Positions 37,825-48,018 of a stretch of DNA of 57,124 nucleotides are shown in pieces; position 1 is the first letter of the stretch, and each line of letters starts with the position of its first letter. Source of the DNA: an uncultured Planctomycetia bacterium (GTDB lineage Bacteria; Omnitrophota; Gorgyraeia; Gorgyraeales; Gorgyraeaceae). The DNA lies in the NCBI GenBank assembly GCA_964652265.1, contig CAZZAL010000005.1:1-57124 (forward strand). Reading direction: 5' to 3'. Under the pieces are notes generated by a model, which saw only the letters and a list, made by a program, of their open reading frames with translations, searched no databases and was not told the DNA's origin. Both the position numbers and the translations under genes were made by a program.

Positions 37825-38432
37825 AACAAAACCGTGTTTCTGATTTTCTCTTGAGTATCTTCTATATCCCCTACCGCGGAGAAGACTTTCATGCGCCTCG
37901 GTTCCTCTCGAGCGATCGCAAGATACCCCTTCCTTACCTTTTTGTGATATAAAATGGATTTTCTTTCTATTCTATCTTTTGCCTCCCCTGCCCTGCGAAG
38001 GCCATACTTAACGTCAATATCAAGTAAAAATGTAAGGTCCGGCGAGATACCGCTTGTCACAAGCCTGCCTATATTTTTAATAAGCTTTACATCTAATCCA
38101 CCAGCATAACCTTGATATACTACTGTGGCATCCAGGAACCTATCACAGACTACTATCTTTCCTTTCTCCAGGGCTGGCAGTATCTTCTGTTTTACTATCT
38201 CCGCGCGGGCTGCCATATATAAAAGCATCTCGCTTATCGTATCCATACCTTTATTTTTAGGGTCCAGTAATATCTTTCGTATCTTCTCGCTTATAAGAAC
38301 GCCTCCCGGCTCTCTCGTATACAGGACCTTAAATCCCTTTCTCCTTAAAAAATCACAGAGTAGCCTTGAATGCGTACTCTTGCCGCTTCCTTCTGGCCCT
38401 TCAAATGTTATAAATAGCCCTCTCTTCGCCAT
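37806..38432 (-). CDS. tmk: thymidylate kinase
   Basis: 208 aa with ITFEGPEGSGKST and the DRF motif. Confidence 0.9.
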   Translation of the reverse strand: MAKRGLFITFEGPEGSGKSTHSRLLCDFLRRKGFKVLYTREPGGVLISEKIRKILLDPKNKGMDTISEMLLYMAARAEIVKQKILPALEKGKIVVCDRFLDATVVYQGYAGGLDVKLIKNIGRLVTSGISPDLTFLLDIDVKYGLRRAGEAKDRIERKSILYHKKVRKGYLAIAREEPRRMKVFSAVGDIEDTQEKIRNTVLLCHSKI

Positions 38433-38434
38433 AA

Positions 38435-39808
38435 TTATTTCACTCGCCAGATGGTGCCTGATTTCTCATCCTCTAATATAATGCCTTTTTTATCCAGGGC
38501 CTCTCTGATTTTATCCGCTGTCTTAAAATCCTTATCGTTCCTGGCCTTGTTTCTTAGGTCTATTAATTTTTTTATTTCTTTTTCTGATATCTTAACATCC
38601 CTAGGCTTTAGGGTTTCCTGTCCAAATAAACCAAGCACGCCCCCTAACTCTAATAATAGATCTTTTGCGTATACTGACCCTGTATCTGATTTATTGACGT
38701 GTGTCACGAGATCAAATAATGCTGCAAGGGCTTCAGCAGTATTAAAATCATCGTCCATCGCATCTTCAAATCTCTTGCGGAATACATCGATGCTTGATTC
38801 CGAGGATTTTTCTGCCTTGAGCCTATTAAGTTTATCTAATAAAATATAAAATCTTTCGCCAGCCGTTTTTGCCTCTTCCATTCGCTCCCAGGAAAAATCT
38901 ACTGGCTTAGAATAATGTGCCTGCAAAAACAATATCTTAAGGACATCGGCTGGATATTTATCCAATACCTCCCCTATCGTAACAAAATTACCCAGAGACT
39001 TGGCCATCTTTTCCTTATTAATAGTCAAAAGACCGTTGTGTATCCAGAAACGCGCGAATTTCTTACCTGCGCCTTCTGACTGTGCGATCTCATTTTCATG
39101 ATGAGGAAAGATAAGATCTATCCCGCCTCCATGTATATCAAACTCATCTCCTAAAATATCTGAAGCCATCACCGAGCACTCTATATGCCACCCAGGCCTG
39201 CCTTTGCCCCAAGGACTATCCCAGGAAGGTTCATTCTCTTTTGCCTTTTTCCACAACGCAAAATCAAGAGGATCTTTTTTGTTCTCTCCTGGAGAAATCC
39301 TTGCACCTGTCTCTAGCATCTCAAGTGACTGGTTGGATAATTTACCATAATCCTTGGCCTTTTTTATATCAAAATATACGTCTCCATCTGATTCGTAGGC
39401 CTTGCCTTTTTCTATCAATATGCTTACAAAGTTTTTCATCTTATTTATATATTCTGTGGCCTTTGGCTCTTTTGTGGGCCGCCTGATACCTAAGGCATCC
39501 ATGTATTTATGATAACTTTTGAGATACCTATCTGAAACTTTCTTTACTGCGCTATTTAGATCCTCGCCTTTAAATTCCTTTTTTGCTTTATCAATTATCT
39601 TATCGTCAACATCTGTAACATTTCTGATGAATTTGACTTTATATTTTTTATACTCAAGATAGCGTCGGATAACATCAAAGACATAAGCGCTTCTTGCGTG
39701 TCCTATATGCGGGTCATCATAGACCGTAGGCCCACACACATACATCTTGACTGCGCCTTTTGGCTGGAAATCCTCTTTTTCTCTTCTAAGTGTGTTGTAT
39801 ATCTTCAT
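38435..39808 (-). CDS. cysS: cysteinyl-tRNA synthetase
   Basis: 457 aa with the HIGH motif PHIGHARS and the KMSKS variant KMAKSLGN. Confidence 0.92.
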   Translation of the reverse strand: MKIYNTLRREKEDFQPKGAVKMYVCGPTVYDDPHIGHARSAYVFDVIRRYLEYKKYKVKFIRNVTDVDDKIIDKAKKEFKGEDLNSAVKKVSDRYLKSYHKYMDALGIRRPTKEPKATEYINKMKNFVSILIEKGKAYESDGDVYFDIKKAKDYGKLSNQSLEMLETGARISPGENKKDPLDFALWKKAKENEPSWDSPWGKGRPGWHIECSVMASDILGDEFDIHGGGIDLIFPHHENEIAQSEGAGKKFARFWIHNGLLTINKEKMAKSLGNFVTIGEVLDKYPADVLKILFLQAHYSKPVDFSWERMEEAKTAGERFYILLDKLNRLKAEKSSESSIDVFRKRFEDAMDDDFNTAEALAALFDLVTHVNKSDTGSVYAKDLLLELGGVLGLFGQETLKPRDVKISEKEIKKLIDLRNKARNDKDFKTADKIREALDKKGIILEDEKSGTIWRVK

Positions 39809-40281
39809 TTCTTTTTAACTAAACTTGCTACAGCGTACGCTGCGATCGCCTCACCCCTGCCCAATGCGCCAATGCCTTCCTGAGTTGTTGCCTTTACATT
39901 GACATCCGCCTCACCTATATCCAATGCAGCTGCTATATGCTGCTTCATATCTTTTTTAAAAGGGGCTATCTTTGGCTCCTCTAGTATAATAACAGAATCT
40001 ACATAATCCACCTTAAAACCTTTTTTTCTTGCCAAGTCCCTGACCACCTTCAAGAGCTCTGTGCTTGCTATACCAGCATACCTGTCGTCTGTCACGGGAA
40101 ATTGGTGGCCAATGTCATCCATGCCGCAAGCTCCTAAGATCGCATCGCAGACCGCATGTATGAGCGCGTCTCCATCTGAGTGACCCTCGAGTCCTTTTAT
40201 ATGCGGGATCTCGACCCCACCCAGCATAAGCGGCTTATCTTCAATAAACCTATGTATGTCATAACCTATGCCCACGCGCAT
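39805..40281 (-). CDS. ispF: 2-C-methyl-D-erythritol 2,4-cyclodiphosphate synthase
   Basis: MRVGIGYDIHRF and GHSDGDALIHA. GGAGG lies 5 nt upstream of the ATG at 40281. The maximal ORF opens with TTG at 40293. Confidence 0.9.
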   Translation of the reverse strand: MRVGIGYDIHRFIEDKPLMLGGVEIPHIKGLEGHSDGDALIHAVCDAILGACGMDDIGHQFPVTDDRYAGIASTELLKVVRDLARKKGFKVDYVDSVIILEEPKIAPFKKDMKQHIAAALDIGEADVNVKATTQEGIGALGRGEAIAAYAVASLVKKK

Positions 40282-40320
40282 AACTACCTCCAATATCCGC
40301 TAATAAGCGTTGTCCGAGGA

Positions 40321-41013
40321 TTAGCTTCGGACATGCAAAGTTAAGATCTTGGCTAATGCAAGGTCTTCCTGTGTCGTAATCTTTATATTACTATAAGAAC
40401 CTAAAACGATCTTTGGCTTCACTCCCAAGCGCTCAACCAACATAGAATCATCTGTAACTTTGATTCTTCCCTTGCGACCCAGTCTGCGATAGGCCTCATC
40501 CAGTAAATCTCGCCTAAACACCTGAGGAGTCTGCGCCTCCCAATAATCTTTTCTATCCGGAGTATGCTTTATACATCCGTTTTTTCCTATATATTTCAAT
40601 GTGGGTTTTACAGGCACTGCTACAACGCTAGCGCCAAACCTCTTGGCTGCCCTTAAAGAAGTCCTTATCAAATTATCCGTGATAAATGGTCTGATCCCAT
40701 CGTGAACCAGGATATAATCTATATTATCGGAAAGACCCTGCAATGCATTGTAAACAGAATCAAGTCTCTCTTTTCCTCCATTTACAACTTTTATTTTTTT
40801 GATCCTGAACTTACTTATTATATCGCGTTTGAACGTTGCTACCTTTTTGGCATCTATTGCAACAACTACCTCAGATATAAGCCTGCTGGAGGAAAGCCTG
40901 AGCAATGTATGGGCAAGGATCGGCTTGCCGCAAAGTTCGATATAAGGTTTCTGTATTCTTGATTTTATTCTTCTGCCTTTGCCTGCGGCAGGGACAATAG
41001 CTGCGACTCTCAT
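40321..41013 (-). CDS. ispD: 2-C-methyl-D-erythritol 4-phosphate cytidylyltransferase
   Basis: 230 aa with AIVPAAGKGRR and VLVHDGIRPF-like blocks. Confidence 0.9.
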   Translation of the reverse strand: MRVAAIVPAAGKGRRIKSRIQKPYIELCGKPILAHTLLRLSSSRLISEVVVAIDAKKVATFKRDIISKFRIKKIKVVNGGKERLDSVYNALQGLSDNIDYILVHDGIRPFITDNLIRTSLRAAKRFGASVVAVPVKPTLKYIGKNGCIKHTPDRKDYWEAQTPQVFRRDLLDEAYRRLGRKGRIKVTDDSMLVERLGVKPKIVLGSYSNIKITTQEDLALAKILTLHVRS

Positions 41014-41016
41014 CTG

Positions 41017-42033
41017 TTAGTGTCTATTTTTCTTTAGGTCTTCTGGTAGTTTTCCAAATATCATCCTGCCTGCAACTGTCTGAAGCACGCTGCCTACGAC
41101 TACGCGCTTGTTCTGACCGATCGACCTTCTTCCATTATCCACCACGACCATTGTGCCATCCTCAAGATAACCAACTCCCTGATTATATTCCTTGCCTTCC
41201 TTGATAAGCCTTATCTCCAACATCTCTCCGGGTAAGACAACAGGCCTTAACGCATTCGCGAGCTCATTGACATTCAATACGTTGATCCCCTGGATCTCTG
41301 CGATCTTATTGAGATTATAGTCATTCGTAAAGACCTTTGCCCCAAGGATCTTTGCCAGCTTTACAAGCTTGGCATCCACTTCTTTTAAATCACTAAAATC
41401 TTCGCTATGTATCTTTACATCTATGTTCGTGTTCTTCTGAAGCTTTGCCAAAATATCCATGCCCCTGCGACCGCGTGCGCGCTTCAATGAATCACTGGAA
41501 TCAGCTATCTGCTGCAGCTCCCTCAAGACAAAACGCGGCACGATAAACTTGCCATCAAGGAATTTCACCTTGCATATATCAGCTATGCGGCCGTCTATGA
41601 TAACGCTTGTGTCCAGGAGAACCAGATCGTCCTTTTTGTCCTGCCTTGAAAACTTGACATAAGGGACAATAATATTAAATTCATCTTTGCCCCGCATGGC
41701 CACTATCATACCCAGATAACAGAATATCAATGTAAGTATAACTCTCAATGAATAAAGAAGGGTCGGGTCTAATTTTATCAGAGACAATGTATCAGAGACA
41801 AGCTTTGCCATTATAAGACCGAATATAAGCCCGAATACAGCGGATGAAAGCCCTCTCACAGAGACCTTTCTCATGATAAACTCAAATAGGATTATCGATA
41901 CTGCCATAAGAAGACCGATCGCTGCGCCTATCATAGCAAAATCCAGCTCTCCGATATGCACAAACGAACCAACTTGAAAACCTACTATAATACTAAGCAA
42001 TATAAAAAAAACGCGGATAAATATTAAGGTCAT
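41017..42033 (-). CDS. membrane-anchored PIN plus TRAM domain protein (YacL-like)
   Basis: 338 aa. Four N-terminal hydrophobic helices, a PIN domain ([12 protein letters not shown]), and a C-terminal TRAM-like beta domain. Conserved position upstream of ispD-ispF. Confidence 0.8.
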   Translation of the reverse strand: MTLIFIRVFFILLSIIVGFQVGSFVHIGELDFAMIGAAIGLLMAVSIILFEFIMRKVSVRGLSSAVFGLIFGLIMAKLVSDTLSLIKLDPTLLYSLRVILTLIFCYLGMIVAMRGKDEFNIIVPYVKFSRQDKKDDLVLLDTSVIIDGRIADICKVKFLDGKFIVPRFVLRELQQIADSSDSLKRARGRRGMDILAKLQKNTNIDVKIHSEDFSDLKEVDAKLVKLAKILGAKVFTNDYNLNKIAEIQGINVLNVNELANALRPVVLPGEMLEIRLIKEGKEYNQGVGYLEDGTMVVVDNGRRSIGQNKRVVVGSVLQTVAGRMIFGKLPEDLKKNRH

Positions 42034-42057
42034 CTATTACCTCCAGTTACTCTAACT

Positions 42058-42085
42058 TGACACTTTTAGTAATACTAAAATGTCA
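42058..42085. promoter_or_regulatory. 28-bp near-perfect palindrome between mlaD and the yacL-like gene
   Basis: TGACACTTTTAGTA-a-TACTAAAATGTCA. The arms are complementary except for one bulged C. There is no adjoining T-run. Confidence 0.3.
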
Positions 42086-42090
42086 CGGGT

Positions 42091-42819
42091 TTACTTTTTT
42101 TTCTTCTTTCTGCTCTCTCTAGGTCTGTACAAGAGCTTCCATGGATGGGCCTTTATGTCCAGGACAAGCTCGTCAATATGCTTATATACTGCATCGTCTG
42201 ACATGAACTTACCTATGGTGCCATCTCCTTCCTTTGCCTTTGTTACAAAATCCACCATTTCACTACTCAGGGACTCCAGATTAGAGGCAGTATTTTTTAT
42301 AGAGAGTCTGGTTTCTTCATCGCCCACAACCTCATTTATAGATGCTATCATCGCATCTATCTTTGAAAACAGCTTCTTTGTCTCTCTCGCAAGCTCTTCT
42401 GTGGATACAGGGTCCTGGCCCCTTAGCGCATCCCCTTTTTTCAAAAGCCTGGTTTCCCTCGTGCCAGGCACTATCTCAAGATATTTCTCTCCTAACAGGC
42501 CCAGGGTGTTTATGGCTGCCTTTGCATCTTCATTTATCCAGGTGTTCTGCGCCACCCATACAAAAATCCTTACCAGGGGTTTATTCTCCTTCTCGTCAAA
42601 ATAAACTTTTATATCCTGTACCTCGCCTACCTCCACGCCAGCATACCTGACCGGAGCGCCCACGCTTATACCATTGGCAAAATCAAAGATTACCTCCAGG
42701 GTATAGCCGCGCTTCACGCTATAAAAATTCCCTATCGAAAATATTATTACGGAGAGGATTACTATGCCTATAAAAATAAATATGCCGACCTTTAATTCAA
42801 AACTTGACCTGATAAACAT
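42091..42819 (-). CDS. mlaD: MlaD-like MCE-domain lipid-transport protein
   Basis: 242 aa with an N-terminal TM helix and then an MCE domain (VIFDFANGISVGAPVRYAGVEVGEV). Last gene of a permease-ATPase-MCE trio. Confidence 0.85.
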   Translation of the reverse strand: MFIRSSFELKVGIFIFIGIVILSVIIFSIGNFYSVKRGYTLEVIFDFANGISVGAPVRYAGVEVGEVQDIKVYFDEKENKPLVRIFVWVAQNTWINEDAKAAINTLGLLGEKYLEIVPGTRETRLLKKGDALRGQDPVSTEELARETKKLFSKIDAMIASINEVVGDEETRLSIKNTASNLESLSSEMVDFVTKAKEGDGTIGKFMSDDAVYKHIDELVLDIKAHPWKLLYRPRESRKKKKK

Positions 42820-42832
42820 TTTAACCTCCGCG

Positions 42833-43582
42833 CTATCTTCCTTCTGTTATTGGGCCTTTTGCGGCTCCAGTTACAAACTGCCTCACCAATGGATCCTCTG
42901 TATTCTTTATCTCTTTGGAAGTCCCAATCTCCACAATCTTTCCGTGGTATAGCATCGCGATCCTCGTAGCTACCTTATAAGCACTCGTCATATCATGCGT
43001 GACCACGATAGAAGTCATCTTTAACTTATGATTTAAATCAATGATCAGATCGTTTATCGCGTCAGCCATTATAGGATCAAGGCCTGTCGTAGGTTCATCA
43101 TATAAAATAATCTTTGGGTCATTACATATAGCCCTTGCAAGACCAACACGTTTTTTCATGCCTCCGCTCAATTCAGAAGGTAAAAGATCTTCTATGCCCT
43201 CTAAGTCAACCAACTTGAGCGCCCTCGCGACCTTTTCTTTTATAATATCTACCTTCATATCTGTATGCTCTAATAAAGCAAAGCCTATGTTTTCGTAAAC
43301 AGTCATCGAATCAAAGAGGGCTGCGCCCTGAAAGAGCATGCCAAATTTCAATCGAAGATCATCCAGCTCATTCGCTTCCATTCTTGCAACATCACTATTA
43401 TCTATTATTACCTGTCCAAAATCAGCCTTAAGAAGTCCTATTATATGCTTCAAAAGCACGCTCTTGCCACAGCCTGAGCGGCCTATGATGACCATCACCT
43501 CTCCTGAATTGATATTAAGGTTAAGATTATCTAGGACCCTGTTGTCGCCAAACGACTTTGACAAATTTATTATCTCTATCAT
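42833..43582 (-). CDS. mlaF: ABC transporter ATP-binding protein MlaF-like
   Basis: Walker A GRSGCGKS, signature LSGGMKKRVGLARA, and Walker B ILYDEPT. The ATG at 43582 (MIEIINLSKSF) is preceded by AAGGA. The maximal ORF extends to 43642. Confidence 0.88.
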   Translation of the reverse strand: MIEIINLSKSFGDNRVLDNLNLNINSGEVMVIIGRSGCGKSVLLKHIIGLLKADFGQVIIDNSDVARMEANELDDLRLKFGMLFQGAALFDSMTVYENIGFALLEHTDMKVDIIKEKVARALKLVDLEGIEDLLPSELSGGMKKRVGLARAICNDPKIILYDEPTTGLDPIMADAINDLIIDLNHKLKMTSIVVTHDMTSAYKVATRIAMLYHGKIVEIGTSKEIKNTEDPLVRQFVTGAAKGPITEGR

Positions 43583-43602
43583 ATTAATCCTTGCCTGCGC
43601 TA

Positions 43603-44385
43603 TTAGGGAAATACAAAGTAAAACAGCGCTGTAAAAAGACAATCCGCCGCGATTATTAAAATAAACGATGTGACAACAGAAAGTGTCGTGGCCTTTCCGA
43701 CCCCTTCAGCGCCTCCTTCTGTCCTGAAACCCTCATAACAAGAAATAATGCATATGATAATCGCGAATACAAAAGACTTGAAAAGCCCTGTAAATATATC
43801 CTTAAATAGCAGCGAATCATAAGTCATCTTCATGTATATAGTGGAACCTATAAGCAATTTATATACACCTATAAGATACCCACCCATTATTCCTATAAAA
43901 TCCGCATATATTGTCAAGATGGGAAGCATTATACAAAGCGCCAGGAATCTGGGCACCACAAGGTATTTTACGGGATTTGCCGCAAGTGTCTCGAGCGCGT
44001 CGATCTGCTCGGTTACCTTCATCGTGCCAAGTTCAGCTGTAATGCTAGCGCCGACCCTGCCAGCCAGGATAAGCGCTGTCAACACAGGCCCTAGCTCCCT
44101 TACCACTGAAAGTGCGACAAGGCTGGATATATAGATCTGTGCGTTCATCTTGGTAAGCTGGTAGGCACTCTGAAGAGCAAGCACCATTCCTGTAAAAAGA
44201 GAGACCAGGAATACAATAGGAAAGCTCATGACCCCTATCCTGAACATCTGCGCAAAAACCTCTCTCCTTCTAAAAGGAGGGATGAATATCTGGACCAAAG
44301 TACCGACAAAAAGATGGAACACTCCTCCTATATAAACAAAGAAACTTAACGTCTTCTCGCCTAAACCCTTGACTAGATTTTTCAT
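43603..44385 (-). CDS. mlaE: ABC transporter permease MlaE-like
   Basis: Polytopic MlaE-family permease. The ATG at 44385 is preceded by AAGGAG. The ORF track begins two codons earlier at a GTG. Confidence 0.88.
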   Translation of the reverse strand: MKNLVKGLGEKTLSFFVYIGGVFHLFVGTLVQIFIPPFRRREVFAQMFRIGVMSFPIVFLVSLFTGMVLALQSAYQLTKMNAQIYISSLVALSVVRELGPVLTALILAGRVGASITAELGTMKVTEQIDALETLAANPVKYLVVPRFLALCIMLPILTIYADFIGIMGGYLIGVYKLLIGSTIYMKMTYDSLLFKDIFTGLFKSFVFAIIICIISCYEGFRTEGGAEGVGKATTLSVVTSFILIIAADCLFTALFYFVFP

Positions 44386-44394
44386 GACCACTCC

Positions 44395-45522
44395 TTAAAA
44401 CTTAACGCTATGCTCTATGCCGAAAAATTCCTCATTGTCCCTGAGTTTCATCTGTAGATTTTCCAGGCCTATATTATATTTAAGACTTATCTCATCAAGG
44501 CTTTCTGATTCGCGATAAGAGGGAAGCGAGTCCCTAGCCACTGTCTTAAAACCAACACGCATCTTATCCCCGACGTCCTTCTCCATGCGTAACTCATCCG
44601 AGCCATCTTTGGTTATATCCCAGCCGCGCCATACTATCGTCTTCACATCAGAACGGATCCTGATTCCATCAAACATCCCGCCTTTTGAAATATTCCTCAA
44701 ATCTACGTAACCCTCCATAGTCAACGTGCCTGAGTTTTCTTTGAAACTGGAATCCACTATGTTTATAATCGGACCGAAGCCTTCCAGTCTGATCTTCACG
44801 ACATCATATTCTATTGCCCCTAGTCTTCCCTTTCTACTCTCAAGCGTACCATCTGAAAAAATATTTCCTGTCAAGGCGCCCTTGATATGAAAACTACCAC
44901 TTACAATGCCAAACGCGATATCGCTATTTTTTATCTTTGAGACATTAGATAGTTCTCTCATATCTGCCCTGTTTATCTCAAATATGATATCAGTTTTATG
45001 CGGGGCCACCAGACCAACCACGCCCTTAAGCTCATAGGGCTTGCCAATGCGCAAGGTCTCTATTTCCAGCTCACCTTCCTTAATATTAAATGATGCGCAT
45101 ACAGGTAAAAAGGGCTTTGAGTTTAATACTATATTTTTAGAAGAGAGTTTTCCTTTAAAGCCAAGAAATTGGCCTTTCTCGTCTTTAACAATACGGCCTT
45201 TTGCAAAAAAATCTCCCCAAACCCCTACTCCTTCTGAATAAGATACATCCACATTGCCCTTGCAAAATACAAATCCATGATTTAAAAAATCCAAATCAAT
45301 AGAAAAATCCTTATTGGCCTCGGAAACATCCGGTATGAAAGATTTCCTCAGCATTAGATCAGCTTCTGTGCCAGAAAAGTTCTCATCATGGAGAAAAATC
45401 TCCTCGTACAGCCGCGGTATAACCGATAAGATGACCGTAGCCAACAGTATTGTCAAAAGAGTTATTCTGATCTTACGCCTTATAATAAAATAATGCATAT
45501 CCTCTTTGTAGGATGCTTGCAA
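44395..45522 (-). CDS. hypothetical membrane-anchored beta-rich protein, first gene of the mla cluster
   Basis: 375-aa maximal ORF (TTG at 45522; first ATG at 45498). Single N-terminal TM helix (ITLLTILLATVILSVI), then a long beta-strand-rich region ending ...HSVKF. A 3-nt gap separates it from mlaE. Confidence 0.6.
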   Translation of the reverse strand: MQASYKEDMHYFIIRRKIRITLLTILLATVILSVIPRLYEEIFLHDENFSGTEADLMLRKSFIPDVSEANKDFSIDLDFLNHGFVFCKGNVDVSYSEGVGVWGDFFAKGRIVKDEKGQFLGFKGKLSSKNIVLNSKPFLPVCASFNIKEGELEIETLRIGKPYELKGVVGLVAPHKTDIIFEINRADMRELSNVSKIKNSDIAFGIVSGSFHIKGALTGNIFSDGTLESRKGRLGAIEYDVVKIRLEGFGPIINIVDSSFKENSGTLTMEGYVDLRNISKGGMFDGIRIRSDVKTIVWRGWDITKDGSDELRMEKDVGDKMRVGFKTVARDSLPSYRESESLDEISLKYNIGLENLQMKLRDNEEFFGIEHSVKF

Positions 45523-45532
45523 ATGTCATTAT

Positions 45533-47992
45533 CTATTTAAAAATCAACTTCCCGTTCTTGGCAGAGACCTTTATGGGTTTATTTTTTTCAAACCTCTTGG
45601 CAATAATCTCTTCTGCCAGGGGATCCTCAAGCATCCTTTGTATTGTGCGCTTGAGAGGCCTTGCCCCAAACACAGGATCAAAACCTTTATCTATCAAAAG
45701 GGTCTTTGCATCCTTATCCAAATCTATCAATACCCCTTGCTCTTTTAATCTTTCTTTGAACTCTCCTAGCTCTATTTCTATGATGTCATAGAGATGGTCT
45801 TTTGTAAGGGAGTGGAACACGATGATGTCATCGATCCTGTTCAAAAACTCCGGCTTAAATGTCTTTTTCACTTTATCAAGAAGATCCTCCTTCATGCTCT
45901 TATATGTCATCTCAGCCTTCTCGGATTTAAAACCAATAGAGCCCTGTTTCCTGAAGATCTCGGCTCCCACGTTTGACGTCATAATAAGGATTGTGTTCCT
46001 GAAATCCACCTTTCTTCCAAAGCTATCTGTAAGCCTGCCATCCTCTAAAACCTGAAGAAGCAGATTAAATACATCAGGGTGAGCCTTTTCTATCTCGTCC
46101 AAAAGCACTACTGAATAAGGCCTGCGCCTTACTTTCTCAGTAAGCTGTCCGCCCTCCTCATAACCTACATAACCAGGAGGCGCTCCGACAAGGCGCGAGA
46201 CATTAAACTTTTCCATGTATTCTGACATGTCCAGCTGTATAAGGGCATTCTCGTCACCAAACATAAAGTCTGCTAACACCCTCCCAAGATGCGTCTTACC
46301 GACTCCTGTGGGGCCAAGGAATATAAAAGAGCCTATGGGCCTTTTGGGATTCTTTATGCCTGCGCGTGAACGCCTTACGGAATGGGCAATAGCAGTTATT
46401 GCTTCGTCCTGGCCTATGATCCTTTCGTGAAGCTCATCCTCCATCTTCAGGAGTCTCTCTGATTCCTTTTGCTCCAGCCTCACTATAGGAATACCGGTCC
46501 ATTTTGAAACAATATTCGCTATCAATTCTTCGTCAACCTTTGGCCTGGCCTCCATCTTAGAAGCCTTCCACTCCTGTCTTGCCTTGTCAAACTTTTTTCT
46601 ATTGTCCTTTTCCTCATCCCTTAGACGTGCTGCCTTTTCAAAATCCTGATCTTTTATCGCAGCGTCCTTTTCTTTTTTAACATCCTCTATCTTTACCTCC
46701 ATGTCTTTTATCTCTTTTGGAGCAGTCATTATAGATAGCCTAGCTTTTGCGCCACCTTCATCTATAAGATCGATCGCCTTATCAGGTAAAAACCTGCCAG
46801 CAATATATCTATCTGAAAACTTGCTCGCAGCCTCCAATGCATCATCCGTGATCTCTACTTTATGATGCGCCTCGTACCTGTCCCTAAGGCCTCTTAATAT
46901 CTCTATGGTCTCATTGACAGTCGGAGGGTCCACCATTATTGTCTGGAAGCGCCTTTCAAGAGCCGCATCCTTTTCTATGTGCTTCCTGTATTCATCCAGA
47001 GTCGTAGCGCCAATGCACTGGATCTCGCCCCTTGAAAGCGCAGGTTTTAAGATATTCGAAGCATCAATAGCGCCTTCTGCTCCCCCTGCTCCCACCAATG
47101 TATGCAGTTCATCTATAAATATTATAACATTGGTGGAACGCTTTATCTCGTCCATGACTGCCTTTATTCTCTCTTCAAACTGGCCTCTGTATTTGGTCCC
47201 TGCAACCATAAGCGCCAGGTCTAGAATAATAACCCGTTTTCCTTTTAATATCTCTGGTACGTCTCCCTTGATTATATTCTGTGCAAGCCCTTCCACAATA
47301 GCAGTCTTTCCAACACCTGCCTCTCCAAGAAGTACAGGATTATTTTTGGTACGCCTGGAAAGTATCTGAATAACCCTTTCGATCTCATTGTGCCTGCCAA
47401 TAACAGGATCCAATTTATTGTCGCGCGCAAGCTTGGTGAGATTTCTGCCAAAGGCATCAAGCGCAGGTGTCTTTGACCCAGACTTTGCTCCAGGAGCACG
47501 AGGCATAGTATGTCCATGTTGCTGCGGTGGCGGTCCAGCGCTAAAACCAGGGGTCGCAGAGCCTAAGAGCTCGGCTATCTCCTGCTTTACCTTGTCTAGA
47601 TCAAGGCCCAGATTCATCAATACCTGGGAAGCCACGCCTTCGCCTTCTCTTATGAGACCTAATAAAATATGCTCGGTACCGATATAGTTATGGCCCAAAC
47701 TCCTTGCCTCTTCACCAGAAAGCTCTATTGCCTTTTTTGCCTTTGGAGTAAAAGGGATGTCTCCGGAAATAACTGTAGTTGGACCAGCTTTGACGATCTT
47801 CTCTACCTCTAGACGTATCTGCTGCAAGCTCAGGCCCATCTTTTGAAGCACGACTGCGGCAACACCTTCTCCTTCTCTCACGAGACCCAGTAAGATATGC
47901 TCTGTGCCGATATAATCATGGTTAAACCTCTTTGCCTCTTCCTTTGCTAAAAGTATTACTTTTCTTGCGCGTTCGGTAAACCTGTTAAACAT
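45533..47992 (-). CDS. clpC: ATP-dependent Clp protease ATP-binding subunit ClpC
   Basis: 819 aa. Double Clp-N repeat (GTEHILLGL twice), two AAA+ modules (GEAGVGKTA and GPTGVGKT), and a UVR-like linker ([11 protein letters not shown]). Confidence 0.92.
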   Translation of the reverse strand: MFNRFTERARKVILLAKEEAKRFNHDYIGTEHILLGLVREGEGVAAVVLQKMGLSLQQIRLEVEKIVKAGPTTVISGDIPFTPKAKKAIELSGEEARSLGHNYIGTEHILLGLIREGEGVASQVLMNLGLDLDKVKQEIAELLGSATPGFSAGPPPQQHGHTMPRAPGAKSGSKTPALDAFGRNLTKLARDNKLDPVIGRHNEIERVIQILSRRTKNNPVLLGEAGVGKTAIVEGLAQNIIKGDVPEILKGKRVIILDLALMVAGTKYRGQFEERIKAVMDEIKRSTNVIIFIDELHTLVGAGGAEGAIDASNILKPALSRGEIQCIGATTLDEYRKHIEKDAALERRFQTIMVDPPTVNETIEILRGLRDRYEAHHKVEITDDALEAASKFSDRYIAGRFLPDKAIDLIDEGGAKARLSIMTAPKEIKDMEVKIEDVKKEKDAAIKDQDFEKAARLRDEEKDNRKKFDKARQEWKASKMEARPKVDEELIANIVSKWTGIPIVRLEQKESERLLKMEDELHERIIGQDEAITAIAHSVRRSRAGIKNPKRPIGSFIFLGPTGVGKTHLGRVLADFMFGDENALIQLDMSEYMEKFNVSRLVGAPPGYVGYEEGGQLTEKVRRRPYSVVLLDEIEKAHPDVFNLLLQVLEDGRLTDSFGRKVDFRNTILIMTSNVGAEIFRKQGSIGFKSEKAEMTYKSMKEDLLDKVKKTFKPEFLNRIDDIIVFHSLTKDHLYDIIEIELGEFKERLKEQGVLIDLDKDAKTLLIDKGFDPVFGARPLKRTIQRMLEDPLAEEIIAKRFEKNKPIKVSAKNGKLIFK

Positions 47993-48018
47993 CTTACTCC
48001 TCCCACTCTAATGTTAGA

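Noticed and set aside
42080-42604. Long plus-strand ORFs antisense to minus-strand genes. Examples are 42080..42604 (174 aa), 27783..28295 (170 aa), 33986..34468 (160 aa), 30573..31043 (156 aa), 46905..47369 (154 aa) and 13477..13911 (144 aa).
   Set aside because: Each lies fully inside a minus-strand gene that has clear family motifs. Their translations are Ser/Leu/Pro/Phe-rich and low-complexity, as is typical of shadow ORFs. None has an RBS or a recognisable motif.
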